DNA from: Antedon mediterranea
Taxonomy: Eukaryota > Animalia > Echinodermata
DNA: 64,000 nt
NCBI RefSeq assembly: GCF_964355755.1
Contig: NC_092670.1
Location: forward strand, 2,222,201-2,286,200
Direction: 5' to 3'
In this document: in pieces, positions 1 through 13,830 of the stretch
Layout: each line of letters starts with the position of its first letter
How positions within the stretch are numbered: position 1 is the stretch's first letter
Translations under genes and position numbers: made by a program
The notes under the pieces: generated by a model
Seen by the model: only the letters and a program-made list of their open reading frames with translations
The model's database searches: none
What the model was told of the DNA's origin: nothing

Positions 1-513
1 CATTCATTTCTTTCTACAATTTTATTGCACATTTTTTGCTACTGTACTTGTCAGTAAAGTTACACATTTCACTATGTTGTTTGATTGATTTATATTTTTA
101 ATATATATTTACAATTCTGAACCGATTGAAGCTCCAGTGCATTTGCGTGTGGCATTTCAATTAAACAATTCATACAATTGTCTTGACTTGTTTTGAACAA
201 ATAAACTTTCTTTTTAAAGCATTTCATAATTCAGATCAGTGTATTTTTCACATGTTGGGTTGTATATCCAAAGATGTTAACTTTTACTGGCTTTTTATGT
301 AAAATTTTGAATCCAATAAAAATTATTCGGTTGATTTGGTTTCTTAATATTTTTTCACGATATTTTTTTACTGTATAATTGTATCACTATTATTATTATT
401 ATCATCACCATATGTTTTTCGCTTTTCGCTTATTCCAGATCCTGTTTGAATTGTCTGCCTTCAATTGTATGTATAGTAGTTTAGAAATTAAAAACACTTT
501 TATATACATTTAG

Positions 514-3500
514 GTTGATGGTTTCTTGGATTCTCTATTAAACTATGATAAAGAAAACATTCCTGATGGCTCGTTAAAAGCTGTACAAGAGTATCTCAAC
601 AACCCTGAGTTTAAGCCTGACCTCATCAAGTCAAAGTCTGCCGCGGCAGCTGGTCTCTGCTCATGGGCAGTAAACATTGTTACGTTCTACAATGTGTTCT
701 GCGATGTGGAACCAAAAAGAAATGCATTGAACAAGGCTAATGCTGAGTTGACTGCTGCGCAAGACAAACTGGCTATTATCACGGCTAAGATTGCTGTAAG
801 TTTGATATATTCCCACAACCAACAGTGCAAAGCAACAATGACAGGCTAATAACAAAATATACACTTAAAAACACAATTAAGGTAAAACTTATATAATAAT
901 CATCACGAACGCTGAACATCATGCGACATAACGCACTTAACAACAATCAGAGCGATTATTAACCAAAGTGTACATAGACTTATTTATTTTTCATTTTCGT
1001 ATCATTTTCTATAATATCATTCAACATACAATATCATCATTTTGTTATCAAAGTCTTTAAAATTGCTGTAACATTTGATCAGAAATATTATACTATAATA
1101 TCAAAGTTTGTAAATCCACTGTTTTTATCCAACACCCAACAAGTATCAATATTAAGTTTTTAAATATTAGATGATTCAGTACATCTTAATAATAACAAGC
1201 ATTGTAATTATCATTTAATGTTAGGAATTGGATGCTAACTTGGCTAAATTAACAGCTGATTTTGAGGAAGCAACATCCGCCAAGTTGAAGTGCCAGCAAG
1301 AAGCAGAGTCCACTGCTAGAACCATCACGTTAGCTAACAGGCTTGTTGGTGGCCTAGCCTCTGAGAATGTCCGTTGGGCTGAGGCTGTAGCAGGATTTAA
1401 AGAGCAGGAAAAAACTCTTCGTAAGTAATTAAATTAACTTTCCCCATTTTTTTTTAACCCTCTCACTCTCCCTTTTGTAATTGGTTTATCTTGTTGGAGC
1501 TTGTCTTGTTATATTATATTTCCAGTCTTTGCTTACATTTCACGTTTCTTTTCAATTTTAATAAAAATATTCATTTATGAGTAAAACATCATTCTTTCAT
1601 CTAACTTGTTAATCTTGTTTCTTTTTCCAGCTGGTGATGTGCTGTTGACAACCGGCTTTGTGTCGTACATGGGATGTTTCAGTAAATCTTACCGTATTGA
1701 TCTCATTGAGAAGATGTGGTTGCCATTCCTAAAGAGCCAAAAGGTATGTGCTATGTACAAAAGATATTGACAGTATAGTTTATAATATGTGCATGAAGGG
1801 GCACCATTTTAAAAAGTGAGCACCTGTGACCTAAGGTCTACAAAAAATTCATATTTGCTATCTTTCAGTAACATTTAACTAAATGTCTGTCTTTCAAAAA
1901 ATAAAAATGTATTAAATATAATATTACTAATACTACTAACTAACAATTATATATATTATTTATTCTAGGTTCCTATTCCAATAACTGAAGGGATAGATCC
2001 ATTGTCACTCCTTACAGACGATGCTGCTGTTGCTCTTTGGAACAACGAAGGTCTGCCAAGTGATCGCATGTCAACAGAAAACGCAACCATTTTGACCAAC
2101 TGTGAACGCTGGCCTTTAATGGTTGACCCACAGCTACAGGGTATCAAATGGATCAAGAGCAAGTACGGAGACGGTCTACGAGTCGTGCGACTTGGTCAGC
2201 GTGGTTATCTGGACACGATTGAGCAAGGAATATCGAATGGAGATACGGTGCTGATTGAGAATATGATGGAGAGTGTGGATCCTGTACTGGATCCTCTATT
2301 GGGAAGAAATACTATCAAGAAAGGAAGGTAAGAGATTTATCAAGAAATCAATATAAAATGTTTTTAGATTAACGTTATTCCTGTCAGACCAATTACTTTA
2401 TTATATAAATAAACGTGTTAGTCTCATCAGAAATAGATAATACATCATCAACTTGCAGCATCTTCATTCCAGTTTGGATAATACCAACAGCTAAAAAAGG
2501 AGAATCTTTTAGAAGGAAAGAGTTGCACTGAAATATAAAAAAATACTTTATTTGTTTATAAATTATAGATACATCAAGATTGGTGACAAAGAGGTTGAGT
2601 ACAACCCAGAGTTCCGTCTAATCTTACAGACTAAGCTAGCTAATCCTCATTACAAACCAGAGATGCAAGCCCAAACAACACTGATCAACTTCACTGTCAC
2701 AAGAGACGGTCTTGAAGACCAGTTGTTGGCACAGGTTGTTGCGCAAGAAAGACCAGATCTTGAAGCTCTTAAGGTATAAGAACACTGGTTGAAAATAATT
2801 AAGCTTACTTGTAGTACTCAAACCAACTGACACAATCTCAAATACTTTGTTAGAGATAGTCTAGAAAATTTGCTATTGTCATTCTATAAAGAATTTGAGA
2901 AGAATAATATTATAAATATTGATGCTTTCTACTGCATAGTAAACCTTGAATCAACCTGTTAGAGCCAGTCTAGTGTAAAACCAAACCTTACAGTTAAATA
3001 TGTCTCAAGGTGCAAGGTATATGGTTTCACCCATCACATCTAATGGCACAGGACAAACACACACAGTTGATTGATGTATTTTTTCTCCAAATTGTTAGTT
3101 GGATTTGACGAAGCAACAGAACGACTTCAAGATTGTCCTCAAAGAGCTTGAAGACAATCTCCTCTCCCGACTGTCATCTGCAGAAGGCAACTTCCTTGGA
3201 GATACAGCTCTAGTGGAGAATCTGGAAACAACCAAACGAACTGCAGCGGAGATCGAGGTGAAGGTGACGGAAGCGAAAACAACAGAAGTGCAAATCAACG
3301 AAGCAAGAGAACACTACAGACCTGCTGCTGCAAGAGCATCTCTCCTCTACTTCATTCTGAACGATCTTAACAGGATCAATCCAATGTATCAATTCTCTCT
3401 TAAGGTAATAGAATTTTGTAGTTGTTTTGTTCTATATAAGTTGGAAATTATTTACACAAAGCAAGTATCTCAAACAAGGATGTAGTGTCATATAGAAAGA

Positions 3501-6500
3501 ATTGAATCTGTAAACCTTATAATTTGATAAGATTTATATTTTATACAGTTGAAATGTTTAAAAAAGTGTATTGAAACGTAGCATTTTGAGGATTATTGTG
3601 TTTGTGATTATTTAGCTCATTGCTTACAATGCCATGGTCATGAGTTCAAATCATACCAAAATCTGTCTTATTATCAAAGCAGCACTACTATCCAAGACTC
3701 CTGACAACACTTACACTTTAAGCATATAGATGTTATAGTGAACTAATATCTCTATGCATGCTTTAAGTAAAAGTCTAATTCTTTAATGTGTTCTTTCTTT
3801 CAGGCTTTTAATGTTGTGTTCGCACAATGCTGCATTACTATCTAAGGCTCCTGATCTCATTATTTAATTGTCTTTTTTGCAGGCTTTCAGTGTTGTGTTC
3901 GCACATGCCATCAGCAAAGCTGAGCCTGCTGAGGAAGTAAAGCAACGTGTTGGAAACCTGATTGATTTCATCACATACTCTGTGTTCATGTACACATCTC
4001 GTGGTCTCTTTGAACAAGACAAACTTATTTTCACTGCTCAAGTCGCCTTCCAGGTGTGTAGATTATGTTTTGTTTTCATCCAATTTCCCATTTATGTTTA
4101 ATCTCATGGTACCAAACCTTACTATTTCAAAGAAAAATACAAATAGATAGTTGATATCAATAAGGTGTTTTTTAAATGAAAGTACAGCTGTGGGCTAATA
4201 AAACTATCTGTTGTGCCAGTTCTCGTGTTATTATGTTCTGTATCAGAAAAAATTCTGACAAAAATCCACATTTTTAATGTTCCTTGTAGCCATCACTTGT
4301 TCAACTTTTTCATATTAAAAGTAATAATGTCTTTGTAACTATAATATTATTATTTAATATAGGTGTTATTGATGAAGAAAGAGATCAACCCATTGGAGCT
4401 GGAGTTCCTGCTAAGATTCCCATCACAAATGAATGTCACCAGTCCAGTTGACTTCCTTTCAAACAACTCTTGGGGTGCAATCAAGGTATGCCACTATATT
4501 CTCTATTTATTTTTTGCTAATACTAATCATTTTAAGTTTATGGTGATAAAGTAGTGTTGATGGTGTAGTGTAGTATGTTACTGCCCTAATTATAATACAC
4601 AAAGAGATATTCTACTTGTAAGCGCTAACTCAATTATTGAGGATATCTTAGCCCAGGATTTTTCTTTAACATTTAATTTTACATTTTTAAGTGAAATTTT
4701 TATTTTTGGTTCCGATCTTCTTTCGAATTGTGAAAATGCTTTATTATTTTATTATGTACAACAATTTCTTGTTAATTCTGGAAGATTTAATTGATGTTTC
4801 TGTTAGTCGTTTTAAAATGTTGTATTTGTTAATCTGAGGCGCCTTGAAGCTAAGATGGTTCCATCTTGTAAGGCGCCTCTGTGTAATATACTGAATAAAA
4901 AAAAAAAAAAAAAAAAAAAAGTAGTGTTGATGAATTTTAGGAAATCTCTTTGTAATTTTATTCACGTATTTAGTAGCAAGTTAAGATCTCTTTTTTTTCT
5001 CTCTTTTTTGTATTCATTGTATAATTGTATGTAAATCAAAATGTAAACCAAGCAATCAAATCTCATTTGCACCTCATTGTTAAAATGAATAAATAGTATC
5101 GTATTGTACATATTTAGTTGCCTGATTTGACTTTAATCCTAATTCTCTTCAGTCCCTGTCTGGTATGGAAGAATTCCGAAACTTGGATCGTGACATTGAA
5201 GGTTCTGCAAAACGTTGGAAGAAATTTGTAGAGAGTGAATGCCCAGAGAAGGAGAAGTTCCCACAAGAATGGAAGAACAAGTCATCGCTACAGAAGCTAT
5301 GTATGATGAGGGCGCTCCGACCAGACAGGATGACATACGCTGTCAGGTATGGTGTTAAGTTTTTTTAATGAAATATATCATATCTTAATTCAATTATAAA
5401 TTTACATTGTTTTATAAATTTTAATTTTTTAAAGTAATAAGTTGATATTTGATTCATTTTAGTAACTTCATTGAAGAGAAACTTGGTGCTCAGTACACAG
5501 AAAATCGTGCTGTTGAGTTTTCCAAATCATTTGAAGAAACCGGTCCAGAAACACCTGTCTTCTTTATTCTATCCCCTGGTGTTGACCCGTTGAAGGACGT
5601 GGAAGCGTTGGGTAAGAAGATTGGCTGGACATTTGACCAGGGTAACTTTCACAATGTGTCTTTGGGTCAAGGTCAGGAAATCGTGGCTGAACAGTGTATG
5701 GATTTGGCAGCTAAAGAAGGCCATTGGGTCATTTTACAGGTAAGGTATCTTTATATTTGTTTCAATGCAGTTATATATTTTTTTACAGTATCTTTGACAC
5801 TGATCTGAATTTTTGGTGACAATCAGGATGTGACTGTCACATACTTATTTTGACATATTTTTACATCACTGTTATTATACACAGAACATCCATTTGGTTG
5901 CCAAATGGCTTTCGACATTAGAAAAGAAGCTGGAAGCATACAGCTATGGTAGTCATAAAGATTACAGAGTGTTCATGAGTGCTGAGCCCTCGGGCACACC
6001 AGAGTCGCACATCATACCTCAAGGTATATTGGAGTCTTCCATCAAGATCACAAACGAACCGCCAACTGGCATGCACGCAAATCTACATAAGGCTCTTGAC
6101 AACTTTAATCAGGTAATTTTTTTTTCTCATATCTCAACATCATTATGTTTGTATAATTAAACACCCCTTGCGATTAATAAAATTGTCCAAACCAGAATCT
6201 GCTTTACTGTACAAGCAACTTTATTTTTGTGTGTAAAAATATTATCTATAAAACAAAATAGAGAATTAAACACTTACCTGAATAAACTGACAAACAAACT
6301 GACTAAAAAATTAGTACACCCCTTTAGGATTAATGGTTTATGCCACATTTTTATCATAAAATTATCAATTGCAGGATACACTTGAGATGTGCTCCCGTGA
6401 GGCAGAGTTCAAGAGCATTCTCTTTGCCCTCTGTTACTTCCATGCAGTCGTCGCAGAGCGTCGTAAGTTTGGACCACAGGGCTGGAACAGAGTCTATCCA

Positions 6501-8853
6501 TACAACACTGGAGACTTGACAATCTCTGTCAATGTACTCTATAATTATCTTGAAGCAAATGCTAAGGTTTGTAAAAATCTTTTATTGAACCTATTGTAAC
6601 TGTCATATCTTTATCTAAATAAACTGATCTTTAATTGTTGTAATTCTAATTCATGATTTAATGGGTGCATTTGCTTAAAGCACTAAAAGGCAAAACATAT
6701 TTATCCTATTTTTTTTATATTTGTTTAAAGTTATTATTCAGCAATAAAGAGTAAATATGTAAGAAACTACAGTATTATTTATATTACTAAGAAACTATAT
6801 ATTACTAAGAAACTTACTTCTATGCATCCTAATTGACAGATTGGTTTAATTTTTTGTGTGCTTGTTACAGGTCCCATGGGAAGATCTACGTTATCTCTTT
6901 GGTGAAATCATGTACGGAGGTCACATCACAGATGACTGGGACAGGAGACTCTGCCAAACTTATCTTGAAGTGTATATGCATGTTGATATGGTAAGATTCC
7001 GTCAAAATATATCTTATTACTCTTCCAGTCAACTTTTGGAATGCTCTTATGTGATGTCTATTTTTTCTGTCATCAATGCCATAGCCTTGTCAAGTCAAAA
7101 TTTACAAATACAGAAAATATATCTTTTTTAATAGTACAGCATCATGATCATTCTATGTATTTCATGTTTTGTATTACATCCCTGAATCATAACAACTAAT
7201 TATTACATCTATTCAATATCTTTGCAGCTTGACGGTGAATTGTACCTCGCCCCTGGTTTCCCAGTGCCTGGTAACTCAGACTACAAAGCATATCACACTT
7301 ACATTGACGAGATGCTCCCAGCGGAAAGTCCATATCTGTACGGACTTCATCCTAACGCAGAAATTGGATTCCTTACAACTACATCAGATAACTTGTTCAA
7401 GACAGTACTGGAGATGCAGCCGAGAGACAGTAGCGGAGGCGGTGGGGGCGCTAGTAGCAGAGAGGAAAAGGTGATTGTTTTGTTGTCACTTAAATTCAAC
7501 ATTATTTGTAAACTAAGGATTAACCCTAGTGTTGTAACAAAATGGATTAGAATCTAGGAACCTTATATTGGAAAGCAAACACTTCAGTGTCATTTTTCAT
7601 TCTTAGAAAAGTCATTTATTTTTTTTCTGCTGAATACTGTAATCAAGTTAAATTGCTTTGCTTATTTATGGCATGCATACATTTTCTTCTGGTTTTCTTT
7701 TGAATGACTTTTTTTCTCTACAGATAAAATCTTTACTAGATGAGATCATTGAGAAGTTACCAGAAGAGTTCAACATCATGGAACTGGCAGCAAAGGTTGA
7801 GGAAAGATCACCATATGTTGTGGTTGCCTTCCAAGAATGTGAACGTATGAATACGTTGACCAATGAGATTAGACGCACACTTAAGGAACTTGATCTTGGA
7901 CTTAAGGTAAATATTATCATTGTCTTATAATTACCTTGGTTGCGACAGTTTTGAATGGGAATTCTTAATTTAAAGCTTGTGCCCTAAACCTTGTAATGCT
8001 TAATGTTTTCCTTGATGGCTACTGCCAATACCAGTTTTAATTCCAAGATGAAAAATTCACCCAACAATTGTAAGACTTTATAATTTTAAAAAGGTACTGC
8101 ATCATTTTTAGCACAGTAACTGGTTTTGTATTGGTTTACTCAAAATAACCTTTGCCTTATATTTATGTTGTAGTTTTCTTCTTCATCCAGGAGGAGCTAA
8201 AGTTGTTTTAATTGTTATTTTAATTTGTGTTATAGGGTGAACTGACAATCACTGCAGATATGGAAGATCTCAGCAATGCTCTGTACCTTGATCAGGTACC
8301 AGCCTCATGGATGAAACGTGCCTACCCTAGCTTATTTGGCCTAGGTCAATGGTATACTGATCTACTACTACGTATCAAAGAGCTTGAAAGCTGGACGTCA
8401 GACTTTGCATTACCAAATGTAGTCTGGCTTGCAGGCTTCTTCAACCCTCAGTCGTTCCTGACAGCCATTATGCAGTCGATGGCACGCAAGAATGAATGGC
8501 CTCTAGACAAGATGTGTTTACAATGTGACGTGACGAAAAAGAATAAGGAAGATTTCAGCAGCGCACCTCGTGAGGGCGCTTACGTACATGGCTTGTTCAT
8601 GGAAGGTGCACGATGGGATATTCAAACGGGTATGATAGCCGATGCGCGTTTGAAGGAACTCACCCCTGCGATGCCAGTAATCTTTATCCGGGCTATCCCT
8701 GTTGATAAGCAAGAGACGAGAAACATTTATGAGTGTCCAGTGTACAAGACTAAGATACGAGGACCGACATTTGTTTGGACTTTCAACTTGAAGTCCAAAG
8801 AGAAGGCTTCAAAATGGGTTCTTGCTGGTGTTGCTCTTCTACTGTCTTCGTAG
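514..8853 (+). CDS. DNAH9/11/17-like: Axonemal outer-arm dynein heavy chain, beta type (3' part: stalk CC2, AAA5, AAA6, C-terminal domain); 5' part lies outside the window
   Basis: GT-AG exons that splice in frame: 514-795, 1225-1420, 1631-1743, 1969-2327, 2569-2773, 3099-3404, 3883-4053, 4363-4485, 5153-5346, 5463-5739, 5885-6112, 6375-6566, 6871-6990, 7228-7470, 7724-7906, 8236-8853 (TAG). Dynein motifs: [96 protein letters not shown]. Confidence 0.97.
3801..3845 (+). pseudogene. Duplicated acceptor plus 5' fragment of dynein exon 3883-4053 (decoy exon start)
   Basis: cag|gcttttaatgttgtgttcgcacaatgc at 3801 closely copies cag|gctttcagtgttgtgttcgcacatgc at 3880; reads [13 protein letters not shown] then stop. 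Confidence 0.75.
4574..4920 (+). mobile_element. 5'-truncated LINE copy (3' end of the family at 58248-62835) in a dynein intron
   Basis: Matches 62504-62835 with only two substitutions that I could see; long poly(A) ending at 4920; target-site duplication gtagtgttgatg at 4551-4562 and 4921-4932. Confidence 0.95.
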
Positions 8854-9133
8854 GTTTTCATTCCTTTACAAAAATGTTTTAAAACTTTTGTGACTAAAAG
8901 TTACCTAATTCATAAAACTCTGTGTTATTTTAATGTTCATATACTACCATGCCTTGTTATGGGAAACATTTGGGAACAAGTCCAGGTAAACAGAACATCC
9001 TCTAGTATACTATCTAGTATATTTATTATTATATATTTGATTGTTTATTGAAAATTTAATTTAAATTAAACATCATCTTTTTGCAAAATTGAGTGCAACT
9101 TAACAATTGGAAAGTTTACTGTATTTTCAAATG

Positions 9134-9139
9134 AATAAA
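9134..9139 (+). promoter_or_regulatory. Candidate polyadenylation signal of the dynein gene
   Basis: AATAAA about 280 nt after the stop codon; the region is AT-rich so chance occurrence is possible. Confidence 0.45.
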
Positions 9140-9537
9140 ATAAAGTTTATAATTCAAATGTTTTCAACTATACCTATTGTATTATACTAATTCAATGTGT
9201 ATATAGAGCTAAAGCCACCACTCAAAGACATTGGTTTTCAAAGCATTCACTAAATATGTTTATATTTTTATTTTAAAGTTAAATTCTATACTATGCATTG
9301 TAAAATAAACAATACATCCATTTATCAGTGCTTTCCGTCCATATTTGTTATCTATTTTTAACAACCTTTTTTGTATTTGTGCCAATAGATAAATGTAATA
9401 ACTATATATAATATATATAAAATAAAATATTATTTTTAGGTATTTTACCAAAATGGCAAAACAAACTACTAATTTTACTTGCATTGGAATTAATATGCAA
9501 TCTTCTTGCATAAAAGCTTTAGAATTGCATTGTGTTA

Positions 9538-9678
9538 AGCTCTGTCTACACTATCAAACTTTATGTGACAAAAAAATGTGATGTGCCCATATATGGACAC
9601 GATGATGTCATATCACCACCATATTTAAGCACATCACACTTTTTTTTGTCAAACTAGTTTGATAGTGTAGACAGAGCT
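9538..9678. mobile_element. PIF/Harbinger-type MITE
   Basis: TIR agctctgtctacactatcaaact ... agtttgatagtgtagacagagct, flanked by TTA on both sides. Confidence 0.85.
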
Positions 9679-10163
9679 TTAGCAAAGGATTAGTCTTGGA
9701 TTAAAAATAGCGGGGCCTCTTTTTGTCATCAAATCAATTTATGGATTCCATTTGATTCTGTTTGTGGGTGTCAACTATTCTGTCCATTTTATTTAATTTG
9801 TTTGTGGTATAAATACCAAAAAAAGTGTTCCGTCCATTATTATAAATACAATTTCTAAATTTAAGAGATTATAAAATGAAAAATATATTGACATGTTCAA
9901 AACAATGTAATTTGCTATGAAGTGAAGATAATAAAATGATTTTGACAAAGTCTCTTTGGATAGTTTCCATCATTTATTTTGTTCTCATGTTGGATAATGA
10001 CTATATAGAAGTAATTAATAATTACAACAAAGTACTTATTTGAATGGGTGACACATGGAATAATACTAATATGGATATGTTTTACTATTGGATATCAAAG
10101 CATACTTTTAGCGCAATACCAATTAAAATAGTTCCTCTGTGTGACTTCACAAATAATTACGAA

Positions 10164-10308
10164 TGTCTACACTACAAATTTAATTTTATGTGAAAAAAAA
10201 TGTGATGTGCCCATATATGGACATCATCACTACCATATTTGGGCAAATCACTACCATATTTGGGCACATCACACTGTTTTTGTCAAACTTGATGGGGTAG
10301 ACAGAGCT
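10164..10308. mobile_element. Second, degenerate copy of the same Harbinger-type MITE
   Basis: Shares tgtctacacta...tgtgatgtgcccatatatggaca...gtagacagagcttta with 9538-9678. Confidence 0.8.
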
Positions 10309-10849
10309 TTAAAATTACTGTCCAGATCGAATACAAGCTTGCACCAAATGCCTTGTTTGTGGGGAGTGTTCTGGAGACCAGAGCCTCATCTCAATAGCCT
10401 ACTTATAAATTATTCGGATAGAACAGATTTTTATTTTTTTAAATGTCATTAACAGAAAAAAAAACATGTTATCAAAGAAAATCACAAATTATTTAGGGAA
10501 GAAAAAAAATACACTACACATATTTTTAATCAAACAACCAATCAGAACAAAGATATGCAGCCACCATACAATGAGCTGAGCATGGTCGTCATTGTTCTGG
10601 TTCTTGTTGTGGGAACTGAGTGTGGTGTGGTGGAAGAGAGTTAAGAATTGGCCATGATAATCATACTGAAGTCAAACCCGATTTCTGAAACTGAAAAGGT
10701 AAGCCCTCTTAAAGATAGTAGTATTTTAATAATGTTATTGTAACGTAAATTTAAAAACAGATTTTAAACATACAGTACCTTCATAATCTAGCCCTGCTTA
10801 CTTTGTTTTGCCACACATGATGACTAGACTGGCCTTCTGACCGTCATGA

Positions 10850-13830
10850 TGGAGGGGTGCCAATAATAATACTATAATACTGTACCTTTTGTGGCTGGAC
10901 CTACAGGGAAACTACCATTTTCAACTCGGAGAATTTTTTTGGTAAACGTAATTATTTTTAGTTACATTAATTGTTCAGTTACTTTTATTTTCTTATTTCA
11001 ACTTTTTTTGTTTTGTTTCTGGATCGCACCGCATTTTGTGAGTGTCACAGATTCAAAGGGTGGTGTGATATAATGCATGTTAGTGTCAAATAAATAAATC
11101 ATTCTGATATTTAGATTTAAGACTCCTTTGGTATTTCCCAAAAAAATGTTTACTGCCAGTTTTTAATAGAGATTATAAGGAAACGAGAAATTGTGGTATT
11201 TCCATACAGGAGGTGCCGCACTTACGCAGATGTTTCCCAAGACCACCGTAGCACAAGTGTGGGAAATGACTGGGATTAGTAGTTTCTGTCCCATGTCAAA
11301 ATGTCACGATTTATCAGGGATTTATCGCACAATTTTAAAAGAGATTTTTTAGTTATACTAGGTATTCTGGATAAAACTCCGCAACTCGAGACTAAACCGT
11401 GTACTTGCATGTTCGCTGTGTAAATAGTCTAGCGTATTAGTTGATATCCTCGCTCACTCATAGTATTTTGTTTACATACAATTAAAATAAGACTGATTTT
11501 GTTTATTTGCTTATTTAAATACACCGTGTGGTTATTTGTTATTCATTTTTATTTCAAGAAATATTATTCTTCTTATTCTTTCTTTTGTGTGTGTTGCCAT
11601 AAAACAAAATTGTAGGCCGTTACTAGGGTGTCACTTCATGCATGAGAGGGCGATATTTTGATTAACCTAGTACATTTACAAGGGTTGGTATTTTGCAGTG
11701 TAAATACTGTACACGCAACCTGTGTCATTAATTCCGGGCCGGGTTAATGAATCGCGTGTGAAATGGAAATTATCCGGACATGACACAGGGTTGTTCTAAG
11801 CTCTGCATTGTAAAAGAAGTATTAGTGATTTGACAAATCACAATCGATGGAAAATCAAACTGTCGCTTGTCATTGGTCAACTGGCTTGTGTTGCATCTAC
11901 ATTCATTGCGTCTCTAGTGAGAGCTTAAGCAATATACAGAATAACATTGTACGACATATTTTTATTTATTTATTATGGTTTATTCAAATCAATTGTTATC
12001 GTGGCCTGCATGCCAAATTAACATGGTTAAAAACAGGTACATTAAAAAGAAACGTCAGCAACAAAGTAGAAAAACACAATAATATACAATAAAAATACAA
12101 TATAAAAATGTATAGTATATACAGAAAGCATACACAAATTACATTATTTACATTATTATTATTACATTGATTATCACTTCAAATTGATGGAATGAATATA
12201 GAGGTGCACCCTGAAACTGTTCAAATCACTATTCATCGAGTAAATTCATTAGAAATGGTATTGCATTTTTTTTTTTACTTTCTATATTCTTCATAATTAT
12301 TTACACATCATATTTCGACTTTAACAAAAATTATTTTTTCAGGCGGACAATATATCTTTAAAATGCACATAAACTAGCATATTTTCTATAGCATATGTTC
12401 TTCATTCATTGTTGTTTAAGTGAATAAAAATTAAAGATGCTTTATTTGTAATATTAGAAACATCACACACTATGATAATATTTGGAGAACTTGGGTCATT
12501 GAGGTGGGACCCCTACATTTGGGTCCCTATGGATCCTACACAAGCCTAACAAAGTAAAGTCCTATTTCTATCCTAGTGTAACACTAGGATAACGTATCTC
12601 AACGTATCGGTTTCTATTCTAGTCAATCTTTTTCTAGCCTAGAATAACGGCTTGAAACGTATCTCTTATTTTCTATTTTAGGGAACACCCTAAAATATCG
12701 ATTTTCAACGAATCACTGATAGCAAAGCCTGTACTAATTCACGTATTTCACTAGCGTGATAACAGAGTATAAAACTTAGCTTTGTTATCTTTGTTTTTAT
12801 TTTAGTAGTTCAATTCAGGAATTCTAGGAACGTATCGGTTTTTATTCTAGTCAGTCTTTTTCTAGCCTAAAATAACGGCTTGAAACGTATTTCTTAATTT
12901 CTATTTTAGAGAACACCCTAAAATATCGATTTTCAACGAATCACTGATAGCAAAGCCTGTACTAATTCACATATTTCACTAACGTGATAACAGAGTATGA
13001 CACTTAGCTTCGTTATCTTTGTTTCTACTGAGGAATTCTAGCAATTCTTCAATTCGTTTCTTGTAGATGTTCACACACCAGCATTACGAAAAGAAATGAT
13101 GAATATGTTAGGTGGGTATATCTCACTAGAGGGCGTTTTTAAACGGACTATACCATTATCTGTAACCATTATATGGTAATGTATGTTAAAGTTTGTTACG
13201 TAATGTTTCCACTCTTTGGTTTGAGTAATCTAACTTGGGTCTACTTGGATATCTAAACGTGTCAATGCATTAATTTCACTAGTCATGCCATATTCTCTAA
13301 GTTTTTCAATGAATTCGTTCATCTTGTCTCCTTCTGTGAGATAGCCTCTTATTTCTAATTTTAGAATCAAAGAATTTGGATCAGTTTCTCTGCGAATGCT
13401 GTACAATTGTCCAATGGTTGTCGTATTGACTTTACCTACCACGTAACTGAATTGTAACAGTTTTCTACGATGAACTGAAAAGTTTGTGATTGGAACATCT
13501 TTGAATTTTGGTAAATTCCAATCTGGCTTAATCACGCTTTCAACACCAGCCATTCCACATAATTTAATAACTTCAATGAGAACACGTATGTCTGTTGGTT
13601 TGATAATTCCAGGAGTCACAAGCAACCTAATCAGATCATGGGTCGTGTCCATTGCCTGGATGTCGAAAAGTGTAATCTTACTCTTGAACTCGCTGATTAC
13701 CATTTTCATCTTGTTTAAATATCCTTGGCCCTGTTCGTCACACCAGTTAGATACTCTTGTTAACAAATCATTGAACTCCAGATCTGATAATTCTACAACA
13801 AAATTAAATACTATTTCTAATATAATGGTT
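10850..13830. repeat. Segmental duplication copy A (paralogous to about 25200-30680)
   Basis: Long collinear similarity, e.g. 10921-11920 vs 25271-26272, 12140-12600 vs 28455-29000, 12600-13130 vs 29005-30070, DED exon 13230-13800 vs 30420-30655. Confidence 0.93.
12601..13040. repeat. About 227-bp tandem repeat, 2 copies (4 copies in the paralog at 29005-29990)
   Basis: Unit begins aacgtatcggtttctattctagtc...gggaacaccctaaaatatcgattttcaacgaatcactgatagcaaagcctgtac; starts at 12601 and 12829. Confidence 0.9.

Noticed and set aside
661-8712. Short minus-strand and alternative-frame ORFs over the dynein exons (and similar shadows over DED, ZU5 and LINE ORFs)
   Set aside because: Antisense or off-frame shadows of real coding exons with no independent motifs or splice support.
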